Shown here: positions 62,025-64,000 of the stretch, piece after piece
Layout: every line of letters starts with the position of its first letter
Numbering within the stretch: the first letter of the stretch is position 1
Origin: Promethearchaeota archaeon Loki_b32
GTDB taxonomy: Archaea; Asgardarchaeota; Lokiarchaeia; Sigyniarchaeales; SOKP01
Direction of reading: 5' to 3'
Assembly: GCA_005223125.1 (NCBI GenBank)
Contig: NJBH01000003.1
Span: 32,001-96,000, forward strand
DNA: 64,000 nucleotides
Program-made: the position numbers and the translations under genes
Notes under the pieces: generated by a model
The model's input: only the letters and a program-made list of their open reading frames with translations
Databases searched by the model: none
Told to the model about the DNA's origin: nothing

Positions 62025-62972
62025 ATGAATAGAGAAATTGATGATAGGAATTACTTGAATTTTCTTTTACAATTTTTAAATGTAGATGATTTGAAACAGA
62101 TTTGCCGAGATTTTGAGATAAAGGGATATTCAAAATTTAAGAAGTCTGAATTAATTGATTTTATCCTTGATTCGTTAGCAGAAGAAGAATTTAAAGAATT
62201 TTTACAAAAAAAAGAAATTGATATTATAACCGATGGAATTAATTTGGCATTGAAGAAAATAAATGGCGAAAATAGAGAAAGTGTAGCAGAAATTAAAATT
62301 GTAAATCCTGAAGATCATGAAATTGAGTTGCTCTTTAAAGGATTTAATTGGGAAGTACAATCATATTTATCAATCACTCCAAAAAATATTCACAATCCTG
62401 AACGTGATTGTGATTGCAGAATAGGGTCAAATATGGGTTTCTGCAGTCATTTTTGGGTTGGATTCATCTATTCATTAAAACAGGATTGGTTTAAACTTAA
62501 AGATTGGTCTCTAACAATTCTACCTAATAATTTTGAAGAAAAGATCAAGTCAATAAAACTCGTTGATGGTCAGTTAGGGGAAAAAGGAGAAAAAATAAAA
62601 GAATCTGCCGTTTTAATTGACGAATCATCGTCAGGGGCAAAACTCATGGGTCATTTAGACTCATCAATAACTGTATATGAGTGTGAAATAACAGAAATTG
62701 TTGAAAGAGAATCTGAATTTCAGGGAAATGTTACGAGATTTTTTATGGTTTCTCTTAAGGATGTTAAGTTTGGTCCAAAATTGAAAAAAGCAAGTGATTT
62801 TCGTGAAGAAGATACAGAAAATGTTGAAAACTTAAAAGTTAGAATTTCAGAAAAATTACAAAGCGAAAATAGCTTAAAAAAAGGAGATAAGGTTAGTTTT
62901 AATGGAAAGCTTGTAAAAGATAATTTTTGGGGTAATGTCGTTAAAAATGTTCGAAAAATTTCAAGAAAATAA
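62025..62972 (+). CDS. Rho-N/HeH + SWIM Zn finger + OB-fold-like protein
   Basis: VDDLKQICRDFEIKGYSKFKKSELI; CDC...FCSH; LKKGDKVSFNGKL. Confidence 0.65.
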   Translation: MNREIDDRNYLNFLLQFLNVDDLKQICRDFEIKGYSKFKKSELIDFILDSLAEEEFKEFLQKKEIDIITDGINLALKKINGENRESVAEIKIVNPEDHEIELLFKGFNWEVQSYLSITPKNIHNPERDCDCRIGSNMGFCSHFWVGFIYSLKQDWFKLKDWSLTILPNNFEEKIKSIKLVDGQLGEKGEKIKESAVLIDESSSGAKLMGHLDSSITVYECEITEIVERESEFQGNVTRFFMVSLKDVKFGPKLKKASDFREEDTENVENLKVRISEKLQSENSLKKGDKVSFNGKLVKDNFWGNVVKNVRKISRK

Positions 62973-62990
62973 ACTTTTTTGTCAAACAGC

Positions 62991-63842
62991 ATGTCTAATT
63001 CTATAAATGAAAAAATCTGTATTATAACAGGTGCTAATTCAGGAATCGGTAAAGCAACTGCCCTAGGATTAGCTAAATTAGGGGCAAAAGTTGTAATGCT
63101 TTGTCGTAATAAAACACGAGGTGAAGAAGCGCAGAATGAAATTATAACTAAAAGTGGAAATAAGTCAATTGATTTATTGTTAGCAGATCTTTCTTCACAA
63201 AGTTCCATTCGACAGTTTGTTTCAGAATTTGAAAAAAAGTATGATAAGTTGGATGTCTTAATAAATAACGCGGGTGTAAATCCCAGTAAACGATATGAGA
63301 CAATAGATGGTATAGAAAAAGCATTTGCTATTAATACATTAGCTCCATTTTTATTAACAAATTTACTACTTCCTATCCTTAAAAACAGTGTACCTGCTAG
63401 AATAATTAATGTAGCTTCAGCAGTGCAAAGCAAATCTATTAACTTTGAAAATCTTCAATTTAAAAAACATTTCAGATCGTGGAAAGCCTATTCTCAATCT
63501 AAAACTGCGCTCATTGTTAACACATACGAATTTGCGAGACGCTTAAATGGTACTGGAGTTACCAGTAATTGTCTTCATCCTGGAGCAGTGAAATCAAATA
63601 TTACTCGGGATTATAAAGGTATTATTAAATTTTTTATAAAACTTATCTTTTGTTTTGCAAAAAGCCCAAAAAAAGTGGCAGAAACGTCAGTATATCTAGC
63701 ATCATCACAAGATGTAGAAAAAATAAGCGGAAAATTTTTTATTGACAAAAAAGAAGAAAAATCAAAAGATATTACTTATAATACAGATATTGCTAAAAGA
63801 CTTTGGGATGTATGTGCCGATCTCACGAATATTAGTGTATAA
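62991..63842 (+). CDS. SDR oxidoreductase (retinol dehydrogenase-like)
   Basis: TGANSGIG, NNAG, YSQSK, LHPG. Confidence 0.9.
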   Translation: MSNSINEKICIITGANSGIGKATALGLAKLGAKVVMLCRNKTRGEEAQNEIITKSGNKSIDLLLADLSSQSSIRQFVSEFEKKYDKLDVLINNAGVNPSKRYETIDGIEKAFAINTLAPFLLTNLLLPILKNSVPARIINVASAVQSKSINFENLQFKKHFRSWKAYSQSKTALIVNTYEFARRLNGTGVTSNCLHPGAVKSNITRDYKGIIKFFIKLIFCFAKSPKKVAETSVYLASSQDVEKISGKFFIDKKEEKSKDITYNTDIAKRLWDVCADLTNISV

Positions 63843-63909
63843 GAAGTAGGTTTTATTAATAGTACTTGATTCTCATACTTAGCCTAGTTCTTTTAATTAG
63901 GAAATTAAA

Positions 63910-64000
63910 TTAGAGATATTGAGATTTGAGGGAATCAGTGAGATTCTGTAATTTTTCTGATATCTTTACTTCAGCGATATTGATTTTTTCCAGTTTTTTA
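63910..64000 (-). CDS. 3' end of an unidentified gene entering from outside the window
   Basis: Open frame KKLEKINIAEVKISEKLQNLTDSLKSQYL* ending at TAA 63912-63910. Confidence 0.35.
   Translation of the reverse strand, partial: KKLEKINIAEVKISEKLQNLTDSLKSQYL

Noticed and set aside
62720-63433. 237-aa minus-strand ORF
   Set aside because: Antisense shadow of the SDR and SWIM genes, a common SDR artefact.
1-64000. CRISPR array, tRNA/rRNA, selenoprotein with SECIS
   Set aside because: I saw no periodic repeats, no GC-rich structured RNA gene and no in-frame TGA at a conserved Cys position; a covariance-model search would be needed to exclude small RNAs.

Overview
AT-rich archaeal chromosomal window, most consistent with an Asgard archaeon of the Lokiarchaeia type (inference from Alba, archaeal-type CdhB/CdhC, a Rab-like GTPase with longin/roadblock proteins, many TTG/GTG starts and oligo-T terminators). 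Contents: (i) lipid/acyl-CoA catabolic clusters (Fe-ADH, SCP2 proteins, a CrtI-like flavoenzyme plus FNR-2Fe2S reductase, crotonases, acyl-CoA ligases, ACAD, and Cys-less thiolase-fold Ltp3/Ltp4-like proteins with DUF35 partners); (ii) an accessory region at about 12.5-27.6 kb with a duplicated ltaE + polar amino-acid ABC cassette showing reciprocal pseudogenisation and two IS elements, one with an A9 -1 frameshift site; (iii) a eukaryotic-signature cluster (longin-roadblock fusion, Rab-like GTPase, roadblock, V4R/Bet3-like protein); (iv) an orphan methyltransferase-TRD fusion, and cooT/cdhB/cdhC without cdhA; (v) a divergent cis-prenyltransferase-like + HD-phosphohydrolase gene pair; (vi) assorted housekeeping and hypothetical genes. 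I saw no rRNA, tRNA or CRISPR array. All calls come from reading motifs by eye; no database searches were run.
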